A stretch of 64,000 nucleotides of DNA from the NCBI GenBank assembly GCA_037138355.1, contig JBAXIL010000002.1:3728-67727 (forward strand), given 5' to 3'. Below the pieces are notes generated by a model. The model was not told the origin of the DNA. It searched no databases and saw nothing but the letters and a program-made list of their open reading frames with translations. Below, piece after piece: positions 48,877 through 58,650 of this stretch. Position numbers and translations under genes: made by a program. This stretch comes from a bacterium. Its GTDB lineage: Bacteria > Oederibacteriota > PGYV01 > Palsa-1178. Position 1 is the stretch's first letter. Each line of letters starts with the position of its first letter.

Positions 48877-49780
48877 GTGGTACTTTAATAAGTTGTTTTA
48901 GATTTGTTACGATTGCACTCTTTAAATTTTTTGCAGTTAGCTCATAATCTTTATGTGCTCCCTCAAGTGGCTCATCTATTATCTCGTCAATTACTTTGAG
49001 TTCAAGCAAATCTTTCGCAGTAGGTTTCAATATTTTTGCAGCATCTGATGCTTTTGTAGCATCTTTCCACAAAATAGAAGCACAACCTTCAAAAGATATT
49101 ACACTATATGTTGCATATTTTAGCATCAGTACTCTATCACCCACGCCAACACCTAAAGCTCCACCGCTTCCGCCTTCACCAATCACACTAACAATAATTG
49201 GCACTTTTAACCGAGACATTTCCATAAGATTCCTTGCAATAGCTTCGGCGACACCGCGTTCTTCACTTTCTATCCCCGGATAGGCTCCACTGGTATCAAT
49301 AAAGGTTAATACTGGCAAATTAAATTTTTCAGCATACTTCATAAGTCGCAAAGCTTTTCTATATCCCTCTGCCTGAGACATGCCAAAGTTTCTTAAAAGA
49401 TTTTCTTTGGTATCTTTACCTTTTTGAAGGCCTATTACCATGACAGAAATACCATCTATCTTTCCTATACCACCAACCATAGCCTTATCATCTGCAAAAG
49501 ATCTATCTCCATGGAGCTCCTGAAAATCGTCTATCATGAGTTTATAATAATCAAGTGTTTTTGGCCTTTTAGTATGTCTCATTATCTGCACTATCTGCCA
49601 TGAATTGAGGTTGAGATATATTTCTTCCCTCATTTTTTTTACTCTTTCTTCCAAAGGCTTTACTTCAGCATCGACATTTATATTTTTATCTTTTGCATGA
49701 GCCTTTAATTCCTCAATCTTTTTTTTGAGTTCAATAAGCGGTTTTTCAAACTCAAGTATCTGTATATGTTCATCAGCCAT
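48776..49780 (-). CDS. accA: acetyl-CoA carboxylase carboxyltransferase alpha subunit
   Basis: 334 aa in the AccA family (GGSGGALGVGVGDRVLMLKYATYSVISFEG). Confidence 0.92.
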   Translation of the reverse strand: MADEHIQILEFEKPLIELKKKIEELKAHAKDKNINVDAEVKPLEERVKKMREEIYLNLNSWQIVQIMRHTKRPKTLDYYKLMIDDFQELHGDRSFADDKAMVGGIGKIDGISVMVIGLQKGKDTKENLLRNFGMSQAEGYRKALRLMKYAEKFNLPVLTFIDTSGAYPGIESEERGVAEAIARNLMEMSRLKVPIIVSVIGEGGSGGALGVGVGDRVLMLKYATYSVISFEGCASILWKDATKASDAAKILKPTAKDLLELKVIDEIIDEPLEGAHKDYELTAKNLKSAIVTNLKQLIKVPLDKLLEDRYVKFRNMGIYERAETQSTKDESNNV

Positions 49781-49820
49781 ATAAATCTCCTTTTTACTTG
49801 CCCTAATTCAGAGCAGTCAT

Positions 49821-50513
49821 TTAAAAATATGTTATGTATATGATTCTTAAAATCCTTGATACATCATTATTCAAGTTAAACTTTAGTCCTACATCAATCT
49901 GTATCGGGTCGAAGAAATATCCTGCAACCAAATTCACATATCTGGCGTTTGGCCTCGCCCCAAAAATTCCATCACATTCAGTTCCTAAATTAAATTCTTT
50001 TGTAATTGCAAACTCAACGCCAGCCCCCATATCTACACCCTTCCCAAAATTCTTAAAATCATTTGCATACACAGTGCCAGTAAATTGGGCTATCACAGAA
50101 CCTAAAGCCAGCTCTTTCGTTGCAGCAACATAAGCACCTTTTGTCGGGACTTCATAATAGCCAGGAGCCTCGTACCCAATCGCTATTGCTGGCATATAAC
50201 CCTCGTCATCAGTAAATCTAAACTTAATTAAAAACCATGGAATTTCAAAAGAAAGATTCCCTCTCCCTACAAGATTATCCACTCTCATGGAACCACCTAT
50301 AAAGAGTCGGTCAAATAAGCCAACATAAAGTCTATTTAAAATTCCACCACCAGGATAGAACTTAAAATCACCACGGATTTCACCTTTGATAAGTGAATTT
50401 GCCGTTGGAACATCAAGTATTTCTAAGTTTCTTGCCTGCACCGCAAATAATATAGCCGGTGTAATCACTAAAAACAAACACAGAATCAATTTCTTCAAAT
50501 TATACCTCCGCAC
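49821..50513 (-). CDS. hypothetical outer-membrane beta-barrel protein
   Basis: 230 aa with a signal peptide, alternating beta-strand pattern and a C-terminal ...YITYF. Confidence 0.5.
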   Translation of the reverse strand: MRRYNLKKLILCLFLVITPAILFAVQARNLEILDVPTANSLIKGEIRGDFKFYPGGGILNRLYVGLFDRLFIGGSMRVDNLVGRGNLSFEIPWFLIKFRFTDDEGYMPAIAIGYEAPGYYEVPTKGAYVAATKELALGSVIAQFTGTVYANDFKNFGKGVDMGAGVEFAITKEFNLGTECDGIFGARPNARYVNLVAGYFFDPIQIDVGLKFNLNNDVSRILRIIYITYF

Positions 50514-50588
50514 ATTTTATTAACAACAATGCACATTATTTAATTGCTTTTATAAACCATTTCAACAAACTGAAACACTCAAAACTTC

Positions 50589-51044
50589 CTATTTATTAGT
50601 AAGAAATTTCTGAAGCTCTTTTGTGAAAGCGTTAATATCTTTAAACTGCCTATATACTGAAGCAAACCTGACATATGCTACCTCATCAAGCTTAGCTAAT
50701 TTTTCCATTAGTAATTCGCCCATAACAGTAGAAGACACTTCTTTTTCCATTCTGCTATAAAGCTGCTTTTCAATATCATCAACTAATTCATAAAGCTTTT
50801 CTACAGATATAGGTCTTTTTTCACAGGCCTTTGTTAAACCCGCAAGTATTTTATTTCTATCAAAAGCTTCCCGTCTACCATCTTTCTTTATGACCATTGG
50901 CAATGAGTGCTCTATCTGTTCGTATGTTGTGAAACGCTTTCCACATTTCAAACACTCGCGCCGCCTTCTTATAGCCTCACCGTCACGACTTTCACGAGAA
51001 TCAACTACTTTATCTTTTTTATGTCCGCAGTATGGGCACTTCAT
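50589..51044 (-). CDS. nrdR: transcriptional repressor NrdR
   Basis: 151 aa with [19 protein letters not shown] (zinc ribbon) plus an ATP-cone. Confidence 0.92.
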   Translation of the reverse strand: MKCPYCGHKKDKVVDSRESRDGEAIRRRRECLKCGKRFTTYEQIEHSLPMVIKKDGRREAFDRNKILAGLTKACEKRPISVEKLYELVDDIEKQLYSRMEKEVSSTVMGELLMEKLAKLDEVAYVRFASVYRQFKDINAFTKELQKFLTNK

Positions 51045-53302
51045 CTGTTTAACCTCTTTTTTAAAGCCGCAAGAGGTATACTTGCCCTCGTGTCGGCCGG
51101 ATTCAGCATTAAAACTTGCTCATAACAATTCGCAGCTTTATCAGACTTCTTCATAAGCTCATATAATCTTGCAAGATTTATCCAACCATCTATATAATCA
51201 GGTTTACTTTTTACGACTCTCTCAAACATATCAGCACCTTTTGCTGTCATTCCTTCATTCAAATATATTATTCCAAGATTACTATATGCCGAGGTTTCAG
51301 AAATACTATCTCTGTACCACAGTTTTCCGTTTACTGCCTGTTCATAATAAAATATTGCTTCTTTAGCGCCTTTTGGGCCTTGCAACATATAAAGATATGC
51401 TATATATGTATATGGCACGGCAAAATCAGGATAAATTTTGGTATAATTCAAACAAATATCATAAGCCTTGCTGTAATCTTTCATATCAATATACACATTC
51501 GCAAGATCAAGACCAAAATATGCGTTATTAGGATCTCTTTTAATTGCCTCATTGTAAAATTTTATTGAATCCTGGAACTTAAGAGGATCAATTGTTTCAC
51601 CGTAATATTTATAAACCCTTGCCAAATTATTGAAATTATATCCATTCATAGAGTTTAAATCCATAGTATGTCCATGAAGCTGTGCTGCTTTTTTAATATA
51701 ATCAAGTTTTTTCTGCAGATCATTTTCTACTCTCATAAGTTTCTCAAAAGCAATTCCATACTTAACAAAATACAATTCACAATTTGGATTCAAAGTAACA
51801 GCACCATTATAATAAGCAACACCAATATTATCCTTGTCTGAGTTCCCTGCTATATTACCAACTTTATAATACATATCAGACATCCATTCTCTTGTAGTAA
51901 CTGTAGTAGCGGCCAAAAGTCCAGCAATAACAGCAGTATAAAATAAAATACTGATGCCACGATTTGTAAATCCGCTAATATCTATAGCATAATATTTTTT
52001 GGAAGCAGGTTGAAGCACAATAATCAAACCCAAGCCAATCCAAAAGAACATACCATAAGCCACTACTGTATAATTAAATAATCCCTGTACAAGAAATCCA
52101 ATAATTCCTAAAAATACAGCAAAAATAAGATAACGCCTTATGGTATCTTTTTCTCCAAAAACCGAGTTAAAAGATTTCTTAAAAAATGCTACAAGTAAAA
52201 GCAGATAGATTGACATACCAAATATCCCCTGCGTTGCCAATACCTGCAAGAATATATTATGTGTTTTTTCTGGCGTTCCATTCCATTCAAGTTGCCAATA
52301 TATAGGAAATCTGTAATACGGGAACATTACCTGAAAAGTATCAAGACCTGTTCCAAATAACGGAAAGTCACGAAACATCATAAGAGCACTTTTCCATATA
52401 TAAACTCTCGGCGTTAGTGTGATTCCATTAAGAGTGAACAATCCTTTACTTCTTTGCCATAAATTTACAATAGCTTCTTGAACCTTTGGAACAAAACACA
52501 TGAGCACCATGAGAACTGCAAACATAATAAACCAAATTTTATTTCCAGAGAAAAGCCTACTATCCGATTTTTTTGAATCATAAAATGCATAAGCAATTAT
52601 TATTCCTGTGGTCACAATAAAACTTAAAATACCAGCTCTTGATTTAGTAAGAAAAAGAACAATAATAGCACATAATAAAACTACTAATATAATAATTTTT
52701 TTCTTTATGTTTTTAGTAATAAAAAACATTATGAAAATCACTGGTATCATTTCCACCAAATATGCAGCAAGGAAGTTAGGATTTCCTAAAGTAGAAAAGA
52801 ACCTTTCCTTGCTATATGTTTCAGGATTCCACATCACAAAATCAAATCCAAAATTTTGAGCCAGCCCATAAGCACTGATAATAAAAGTTGAAACCAGCAT
52901 AGCTGTCATTAGCTTATATACAATTCCTTGTTTTTTCACATGATTGACAACAACATAATACAACATGATATAAAAACAGATTGTGATAATGCCTTCAAAA
53001 TCTTCATATACTCCAAAAATAGAAATATTGTGACTTTTCGTTACAATAGTGGTAATAAGACATACCAAAAAATATCCAATAATAGGAAAATCAAAATTTG
53101 TTTTAATTAAAAGTATTTTTCTTTCACGAATAATCGTAAAAAGCCATGCAGCCGCGATTATCACAATGAACATCTTCATGACAAAAAGTTTATTTATTTC
53201 AAAGACATCGTTTGTCCTTGTATAAAAAATAATAGGAACTAATATCACTATAGCTATAAGACTCAACTCTATTAGCTTGTCTACATATTTCCTAAATGTC
53301 AT
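51041..53302 (-). CDS. O-antigen ligase (Wzy_C) family membrane protein with C-terminal TPR repeats
   Basis: 753 aa. The N-terminal 10-12 TM helices carry a Wzy_C-like loop, and the C-terminal roughly 300 aa are TPR repeats. Confidence 0.75.
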   Translation of the reverse strand: MTFRKYVDKLIELSLIAIVILVPIIFYTRTNDVFEINKLFVMKMFIVIIAAAWLFTIIRERKILLIKTNFDFPIIGYFLVCLITTIVTKSHNISIFGVYEDFEGIITICFYIMLYYVVVNHVKKQGIVYKLMTAMLVSTFIISAYGLAQNFGFDFVMWNPETYSKERFFSTLGNPNFLAAYLVEMIPVIFIMFFITKNIKKKIIILVVLLCAIIVLFLTKSRAGILSFIVTTGIIIAYAFYDSKKSDSRLFSGNKIWFIMFAVLMVLMCFVPKVQEAIVNLWQRSKGLFTLNGITLTPRVYIWKSALMMFRDFPLFGTGLDTFQVMFPYYRFPIYWQLEWNGTPEKTHNIFLQVLATQGIFGMSIYLLLLVAFFKKSFNSVFGEKDTIRRYLIFAVFLGIIGFLVQGLFNYTVVAYGMFFWIGLGLIIVLQPASKKYYAIDISGFTNRGISILFYTAVIAGLLAATTVTTREWMSDMYYKVGNIAGNSDKDNIGVAYYNGAVTLNPNCELYFVKYGIAFEKLMRVENDLQKKLDYIKKAAQLHGHTMDLNSMNGYNFNNLARVYKYYGETIDPLKFQDSIKFYNEAIKRDPNNAYFGLDLANVYIDMKDYSKAYDICLNYTKIYPDFAVPYTYIAYLYMLQGPKGAKEAIFYYEQAVNGKLWYRDSISETSAYSNLGIIYLNEGMTAKGADMFERVVKSKPDYIDGWINLARLYELMKKSDKAANCYEQVLMLNPADTRASIPLAALKKRLNR

Positions 53303-53334
53303 TTGTTCCTCACTTTTTTATTCAAGCGAAATTA

Positions 53335-54582
53335 CTATTTATTATAAACTGGGAATTTTTTACAAAGCTTCAGGACTTTTTCTCTTACGCTTTTAATAAG
53401 CTTTTCGTCGGTAGTGTTTCTCATAACTTCATCCATCCATGTCGCTATCATAAGCATTTCCTTTTCCTTCATGCCTCTGGCCGTTATTGCAGGTGTCCCT
53501 ATTCTTATACCGCTTGTGATGAAAGGGCTTTGGGTATCAAAAGGAACTCCATTTTTATTTAAGGTTATTCCTGCTTTATCTAAAGCAAGAGCTGCCTCTT
53601 TTCCTGTAATATTTTTTGACCTTAAATCCACCAGCACCAAGTGGCAATCTGTTCCATCGGTTAAGACCTTATAACCTTTTTTCATAAGTTCTGCTGCAAT
53701 CAACTTAGCATTTTTAATAACTTGTTCCTGATATAACTTAAATTCAGGTTTTAAAGCCTCTCCAAAACATATCGCTTTTGCCGCAATGACATGCATTAAA
53801 GGACCACCCTGCATTCCTGGAAAGACGGCTGAATTAATGACTTTTGCATGTTTTTCTTTGCAAAGAATAAGACCGCCTCTTGGACCTTTTAAGGTCTTAT
53901 GAGTTGTAGTTGTTACAAAATCACAGTATGGTACAGGATCCGGAAAAAGTTTAGTAGCAACCAAACCAGCATAGTGGGCAATATCTGCAAGCAAAAGTGC
54001 TCCTACAGAATCTGCTATTTCACGGAACTTCTTAAAATCAATCTGCCTCGGATACGCACTCGCACCTGCAACTATTATTTTTGGTTTTACTTCTTTTGCA
54101 ATATTCGCAATCTCATCATAATCAAGAAGATATGTATCTTTGTTGACGCCATAAGAATGTGATTTATAAAGTTTTCCTGAAGAAGAAGCTGCTGCGCCAT
54201 GGGTCAAATGGCCACCTGCTGCAAGATTCATACCCAGTATGGAATCTCCAGGTGAAAGTACTGCAAGATATACAGACTGATTTGTCTGTGAACCAGAATT
54301 AGGTTGAACATTAGCATGTTCCGCTCCGAAAAGTTGCTTAGCTCTGTCTATGGCAAGCTGCTCTATTTTGTCAGACCACTCTACACCCTGATAAAATCTT
54401 TTTCCAGGATATCCTTCAGCATACTTATTAGTAAACACCGAACCCTGCGCTTGCAGTATGGCTTCATCTGCATAATTTTCTGATGCTATCATTAAAAGAG
54501 TTTCCTTATTTCTTTTTACTTCTTGTTTTATAATATACGCAACTTCTTTATCTACTTTCTCTATATACTTCGTAAAGTCCAT
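53335..54582 (-). CDS. glyA: serine hydroxymethyltransferase
   Basis: 415 aa. The PLP-lysine motif [14 protein letters not shown] is present. Confidence 0.95.
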   Translation of the reverse strand: MDFTKYIEKVDKEVAYIIKQEVKRNKETLLMIASENYADEAILQAQGSVFTNKYAEGYPGKRFYQGVEWSDKIEQLAIDRAKQLFGAEHANVQPNSGSQTNQSVYLAVLSPGDSILGMNLAAGGHLTHGAAASSSGKLYKSHSYGVNKDTYLLDYDEIANIAKEVKPKIIVAGASAYPRQIDFKKFREIADSVGALLLADIAHYAGLVATKLFPDPVPYCDFVTTTTHKTLKGPRGGLILCKEKHAKVINSAVFPGMQGGPLMHVIAAKAICFGEALKPEFKLYQEQVIKNAKLIAAELMKKGYKVLTDGTDCHLVLVDLRSKNITGKEAALALDKAGITLNKNGVPFDTQSPFITSGIRIGTPAITARGMKEKEMLMIATWMDEVMRNTTDEKLIKSVREKVLKLCKKFPVYNK

Positions 54583-54617
54583 TTGTATCCTCCATTTATT
54601 TTAAATATAATTATTTT

Positions 54618-55064
54618 TTATAATAATTTGCTTTCTATAGTTTTTATTTTATTAAACCTTTTCTCATGTCTTCCAGCTTCAAAGATTGTATTTAACCAAA
54701 CCTTTACAATCTCAGTTCCAAGAGTTTTTCCAATAAGTCTTCCAGGAAGAACAAGCACATTTGAATTATTATGTTTGATTGACATTTCAGCAGAATAAGT
54801 ATTATCCACTAAAGCCGCATATATACCTTTTATTTTATTTGCTGCAATTGACATTCCTATCCCTGTACCACAAATAAGTATTCCGCGTTCATACTTACCA
54901 GAAGTTATTGCCTCTCCTACTTTTTCAGCATAGTCAGGATAATCAACAGACTCTTCATTATATGGCCCGAAATCCTTGTATTCCACCTTCTGTACACTTA
55001 AGAACTTCTTAAGCTCTTCTTTTAATTCAAAACCCGCGTGATCGCTTGCCATTGCTATTTTCAT
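54618..55064 (-). CDS. rpiB: ribose 5-phosphate isomerase B
   Basis: 148 aa in the RpiB/LacAB family (MKIAMASDHAGFELK...ICGTGIGMSIAANK). Confidence 0.9.
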   Translation of the reverse strand: MKIAMASDHAGFELKEELKKFLSVQKVEYKDFGPYNEESVDYPDYAEKVGEAITSGKYERGILICGTGIGMSIAANKIKGIYAALVDNTYSAEMSIKHNNSNVLVLPGRLIGKTLGTEIVKVWLNTIFEAGRHEKRFNKIKTIESKLL

Positions 55065-55132
55065 TTTGGCTCCTGTTTATAGCGGGATCTCCGCCTTAAT
55101 AATAATATATGTCTTCAAAAAAATATTCATTA

Positions 55133-55792
55133 CTATGGTTTTTTTATTTTATCTGTCGGCTCTAAACTCTTCGTTTGTGTAGGTGCAATTATCGTATTTT
55201 GATTTTTGTCATTTAGAAGAAAATCATGCGTGGAATTATATTCTGCAACAGCACTTTTTGTGAATATCATATCCCATAACCACGAGGTCGCAAACATAGT
55301 AAGACCTGTAAAAAATACAACTTTTGATACCGTTGTGCTTTGGTCAGATTGAACTGGGGTTAAGACCTCATTCACACTCACCGCCATTATAATGACTGAA
55401 ACTATTTCAGCACTCAGTAGAGACATACCCACACCCTGATTTTTTGCATAAAAATGACCCGACCCATGTATGACCAAACCAGGAAAAACAGCATTCCAAA
55501 AAGCTTTATCCTCAGAAATTGGCGAAATAAGTGTAGTAACCTCTGTGTCCTCTTTATTTATATAAGTATCTTCAAGCCAGCTCGAAGCAGTGGTAGTATG
55601 TTTGACAAACCGCACTTCTCTCCATGGAATATTAACTATCTTATTATTTTCAAGCTTAACAACCAAAAAGTAGCTATCAAAACTTTTTACTTCTACCGAA
55701 AATTGTTGATCGTCCTTTAAGGTTACCATGTCTGCGTATACACAAGGTGATAAAACAACGAGAGCCAAAAGCAGTGCAGCAATTTTTGTCAT
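55133..55792 (-). CDS. hypothetical membrane protein with signal peptide
   Basis: 219 aa with a signal peptide (possible lipobox LSPC), a soluble domain, then 2-3 TM helices. GAGGAG RBS. No family recognised. Confidence 0.55.
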   Translation of the reverse strand: MTKIAALLLALVVLSPCVYADMVTLKDDQQFSVEVKSFDSYFLVVKLENNKIVNIPWREVRFVKHTTTASSWLEDTYINKEDTEVTTLISPISEDKAFWNAVFPGLVIHGSGHFYAKNQGVGMSLLSAEIVSVIIMAVSVNEVLTPVQSDQSTTVSKVVFFTGLTMFATSWLWDMIFTKSAVAEYNSTHDFLLNDKNQNTIIAPTQTKSLEPTDKIKKP

Positions 55793-56046
55793 TTTTTCTC
55801 CTCAATATGGGCAACATAACTATCTTTCAATGCCACTTTTTTATTAACAAAACTTACCAGTTATTTGAATTACAAGAGCCTATTCCTATAAACATAACAA
55901 TATAATTGCCACAGATTGGCACTTAAACTCTATTTTCTATCTTTTTAAAATAAGCATAAGTTTGAATTATGGCTTGATTATATAGGAATTTTAGCAAAAG
56001 GTCAAGTATGGGTTTTATTAGGAAAAATCAAATCAAATATTACAAA

Positions 56047-56079
56047 ACACTGATAAACGACAACAAATACAGTGTTTTT
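56047..56079. terminator. bidirectional terminator-like hairpin downstream of spoVS
   Basis: ACACUG-16 nt loop-CAGUGU with A4 upstream and U5 downstream. It lies about 95 nt after the spoVS stop. Confidence 0.4.
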
Positions 56080-56172
56080 CATACATACCAACACCAGTTT
56101 CAAATATAAAAAATCTTAAAACGAAGCTTTTTTACAGTATTCTAATAAATATAAAAGCCATAAATTTTGATA

Positions 56173-56445
56173 TTACTTAAGCTGAGGGACTATCGTCAGT
56201 ATTATGGCGCTTTTTCTCTCACCCTCAAGTTCAATATGCGTAAAAGATGGTCTAATTAGCAGATCTAAACCTTCAGGTCCTATATAATCTCTGGCTATGG
56301 CAATCGCCTTTATCGCCTGATTGACAGCCGTAGGACCCATTACAATAACTTCTACATCTTTTTTTTCCCGCACATTATTAACTATAGAACCAGCAACCGA
56401 TTTAGGATTACTTGTCGCTGCAACTTTCAAACTAATTATCTCCAT
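56173..56445 (-). CDS. spoVS: SpoVS-family protein
   Basis: 90 aa with MEIISLKVAATSNPKSVAGSIVNNVREKKDVEVIVMGPTAVNQAIKAIAIARDYI, which matches the SpoVS family across its length. Confidence 0.85.
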   Translation of the reverse strand: MEIISLKVAATSNPKSVAGSIVNNVREKKDVEVIVMGPTAVNQAIKAIAIARDYIGPEGLDLLIRPSFTHIELEGERKSAIILTIVPQLK

Positions 56446-56446
56446 T

Positions 56447-57289
56447 TTATAACTCCTTTTTCATTTTAAGAGAAATTTTATAAACTTCGTTTCTTCCCAC
56501 ATTTAATTCCTGCGAAGCAGTTTTTACTGCCTCACTTAACGGATTGCCTTCAACTATCAATTCTCTCAACCTTTGTTCTATAATTTCTTCTTTGGGTTTT
56601 TCATCTTCAGGAGCTGGACCTATAACTATGATAAACTCTCCTTTTTCCATATCAACAGTTAATTGTTTGGAAACCTCCAATGGGTTTCCTCTTAATACAG
56701 TTTCATAAATTTTAGTCAATTCCTTTGCCACTGCTATCAACCTTTGTGGCATAACTTCAGCAATCATTGCCAGCGTATCTTGAGTACGATTAGGTGACTC
56801 AAAAATAATGACTGGATATTTGATAGCACTTATTTCCATAAGGGCATCTTTCTTACTTTTACCAGTTTTTTCAAGGAACCCATAGAAAAGGAATCTTGAA
56901 GGATCAAAACCAGAAAGAATAACCGCTGACAATAAAGACGAAGGACCAGGAATGGTTTCCACATTTATTCCAGCATTTATCGCTGCCTTTACAACTGTAT
57001 AACCTGGATCCGACATTAGAGGAGTCCCTGCATCTGATACTAAAGAAACAGAAGAACCGTTTTTTAATAGTTCTATAATTTCAACTTCTCTTTCTTTTTC
57101 ATTATATTTATGATATGAGATAAGTTTAGAAGTTATGGAATAGTGATGAAAAAGTTTTTGCGTTACTCTGGTGTCTTCTGCGATTACATAAGGAGTTGTT
57201 TTGAGAGTTTCAATGGCACGCAGCGTAATATCTTGCAAGTTGCCAATGGGTGTGGAAACAATGTAAAGTGTCCCTTCAGTCATATTCAT
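56447..57289 (-). CDS. rsmI: 16S rRNA (cytidine1402-2'-O)-methyltransferase
   Basis: 280 aa tetrapyrrole-methylase fold (LYIVSTPIGNLQDITLRAIETLK ... AEDTR). Confidence 0.88.
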   Translation of the reverse strand: MNMTEGTLYIVSTPIGNLQDITLRAIETLKTTPYVIAEDTRVTQKLFHHYSITSKLISYHKYNEKEREVEIIELLKNGSSVSLVSDAGTPLMSDPGYTVVKAAINAGINVETIPGPSSLLSAVILSGFDPSRFLFYGFLEKTGKSKKDALMEISAIKYPVIIFESPNRTQDTLAMIAEVMPQRLIAVAKELTKIYETVLRGNPLEVSKQLTVDMEKGEFIIVIGPAPEDEKPKEEIIEQRLRELIVEGNPLSEAVKTASQELNVGRNEVYKISLKMKKEL

Positions 57290-57337
57290 TAAACTCCTTT
57301 TTCAATTTGCAGGACAAAATACAAAAAAACGAAAAAG

Positions 57338-58192
57338 CTACTCGCCTTTTTGGTCAAGTATTTTCAAGAAATCCTTTGCAACTGCATCCATTGGATCTAT
57401 TGCCATAGACATATTCCACTGGTATCTGGCTTTTTTATATTGTTTATCTATGTAATAAGCGTTTCCAAGATTATTATATATCTGTGGTTTTGTAGAATCA
57501 AGTTTCACTGCCTGTTCTAAAGCAGATATAGCCTGTATATTTTTGCTAAGTTTTATGTAAGCAAATCCTAAATCATTATAAGCAAAAGCATCCGTAGGTT
57601 TTAACTTAACCAGCGCTTCAAAAATTTTTATCGCTGCATCATTTTTTTCAGTTTCAATATATATCATTCCAAGTTTTCTATAGACAGAATCATCATTTGG
57701 ATTTTTCAATATTACAAATTCCAATTCTGGGACAGCAGAAGCATTATCTTTTTCTGTAATATAAGCAAGTCCGAGTTTTTTATGGGCCTCTATGTTATTG
57801 CCGTTAATAGAGATTACTTTTTTCCAGAACTCCATAGCTTCACGGACTCTACCGCTATCACTTTCTTCAATTCCTAAAGTCATATATGCAGTTTCAAGCT
57901 TTCCTTTTAACTCTTCATAAGTAGGTCTAAGTTTTAAAGCCACTTCCCATTCAACTATTGCCTCAAGTAGCTGTCCTTTATCAAAATACACATCACCAAG
58001 AACTTTATGTACGATTGCATCCGAAGGGTTTGATGCAATTGAGGTTTGAAGCTCAACCACAGCAATATCAAGCTTTCCAGCTTCATAGGACTGTAAACCA
58101 AGCTCATAGTGAGTAAGAGTTGATGCACAACCTGTGAAAAGCACAACAGAAAGAGTCATAAAAACATGCCTTATTTTCAAGTTAGCCTCCAT
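57338..58192 (-). CDS. TPR-repeat lipoprotein
   Basis: Lipobox LFTGCAS followed by about 6 TPR repeats. Confidence 0.7.
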   Translation of the reverse strand: MEANLKIRHVFMTLSVVLFTGCASTLTHYELGLQSYEAGKLDIAVVELQTSIASNPSDAIVHKVLGDVYFDKGQLLEAIVEWEVALKLRPTYEELKGKLETAYMTLGIEESDSGRVREAMEFWKKVISINGNNIEAHKKLGLAYITEKDNASAVPELEFVILKNPNDDSVYRKLGMIYIETEKNDAAIKIFEALVKLKPTDAFAYNDLGFAYIKLSKNIQAISALEQAVKLDSTKPQIYNNLGNAYYIDKQYKKARYQWNMSMAIDPMDAVAKDFLKILDQKGE

Positions 58193-58320
58193 AGTTAAGT
58201 ATCAATAAGTAAAATTATAATATCATATCTCATGTATTTGTCAATAAGTTGACACAAAAAATTCACCACATATTAAAACACTATATTTCTATTAAACAAA
58301 TACCATCGCACAAAATAACC

Positions 58321-58349
58321 TTGCCAAAGCAACACTAATGTGATATATT
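58321..58349 (+). promoter_or_regulatory. candidate sigma70 promoter for rpmB (TTGCCA-N17-TATATT)
   Basis: The -35 is at 58321-58326 and the -10 at 58344-58349. The AAAGGAGG RBS lies 8 nt before the ATG. Confidence 0.45.
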
Positions 58350-58386
58350 TCTTTCACTATTTATTATTTTAAAGGAGGCAATAACC

Positions 58387-58578
58387 ATGGCAAGAAAATG
58401 TGCAATTTGCGATAAACAAGCAGTATCTGCTAATAATGTGTCGCATGCTAAGAACAGAACAAAAACAAGAAACAAACCAAACTTACAGACAGTCAAAATC
58501 ATGTTAAAAGGCGTAAAGAAAAGAGTTTTAGTTTGTACGAGATGTTTGCGTTCAGGCAAAGCTGTTAAAGTCGCTTAA
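58387..58578 (+). CDS. rpmB: 50S ribosomal protein L28
   Basis: 63 aa, MARKCAICDKQAVSANNVSHAKNRTKTRNKPNLQ. Confidence 0.93.
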   Translation: MARKCAICDKQAVSANNVSHAKNRTKTRNKPNLQTVKIMLKGVKKRVLVCTRCLRSGKAVKVA

Positions 58579-58590
58579 ACATTCATGTAA

Positions 58591-58620
58591 AAAAAGCCGC
58601 TTAAAAAGCGGCTTTTTTTT
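58591..58620. terminator. bidirectional rho-independent terminator between rpmB (+) and the relA/spoT-type gene (-)
   Basis: AAAAAGCCGC-UUAAAAA-GCGGCUUUUUUUUU: a GC core with an A-run upstream and a U9 tract downstream. Confidence 0.7.
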
Positions 58621-58650
58621 TAATAATTACTAAACGATAGCTTGTAGGAT

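Noticed and set aside
55906-55922. Sigma54 (-24/-12) promoter TGGCAC-N5-TTGCA
   Set aside because: The GG and GC elements occur in reversed order relative to the downstream gene on either strand. I kept it only as an imperfect palindrome and possible operator.
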